NCBI GenBank assembly: GCA_050575255.1
Contig: JBNZDD010013732.1
Span: 14,625,682 to 14,689,681 of the forward strand
From: Harriotta raleighana
Lineage: Eukaryota
Reading direction: 5' to 3'
Length of the DNA: 64,000 nt
Position numbers and translations under genes: made by a program. Position 1 is the stretch's first letter. Every line of letters begins with the position of its first letter. The notes beneath the pieces are model-generated. The model did no database searches, was not told where the DNA came from, and was given only the letters and a program-made list of their open reading frames with translations. Positions 63,447 through 64,000 of the stretch are shown here, piece after piece.

Positions 63447-64000
63447 GCTGATAATAAAGCCTGTGTCTTTCGCTTAAAGAATAATCTTGTAGATCTGACT
63501 GGTGACCTGTGAATGTAATGTAGAGGAAAATGAATGGAGGTCAACAAAGTTTAAGACAATTAAAAAGGAAAGAGCAGCAAATAATGGCCGGATAGAATGT
63601 GTGAAAGGAAACATTGTGACAATCCAGGCATATTATGCAGGTTTAGAGCAGCAGAATGATGCCTGCTGAAGGATTCTGATGTTCACTGCAAATTAGCTCG
63701 AGAGATTATGACAAACTCCTAACAGATGTGGTTGGCTGAGAGCGAGATAGGATCTCTGAAAAACCTGTGCTCCTAAACTGATAGGTGGTTTCCTGATAAC
63801 TTTCATCCTGTGAGTCTTTGGGGTTTCAAGCATAACTCCTGCATATGAAAACCTGGTGCAATATCATCAATACAATAAATTTCTTATGCCACAGATTGAA
63901 CACAGTAATATTTGGCAAGGCAGCAGCTATGTCGAATTGGGTTGTTACAAACCGTCTAATTTAGAACTGGTAGAAAGTAAACAAATGCAGTTGAGGCACC

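Overview
This is AT-rich, CpG-poor vertebrate non-coding DNA (intron or gene desert), not prokaryotic. The repeat content is CR1 LINEs with (ATTCTATG)n tails, L2 LINEs with (TTG)n tails, tRNA-headed Deu-type SINEs with (TTA)n tails and TA-flanked Tigger/pogo-like DNA elements. That mix points to a cartilaginous fish, possibly a holocephalan (inference). I recognise no intact host gene, RNA gene or CRISPR array; the long ORFs are LINE fragments or repeat read-throughs. The least explained structure is a set of locally templated duplications: three inverted copies of nearby sequence (22367/23321, 35609/35907, 57296/58761), two of them next to the 5' truncation point of an L2 insertion, plus one direct copy flanked by a 13-bp repeat. 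Other notable items are a Tigger relic that keeps its C-terminal PIP-box and carries an expanded 18-bp repeat, SINEs with swapped 3' tails, a 27-bp repeat with codon-like variation, weak exon candidates and several enhancer-like repeat-free blocks. Family names come from motif recognition by eye, and boundaries of old repeats are approximate.
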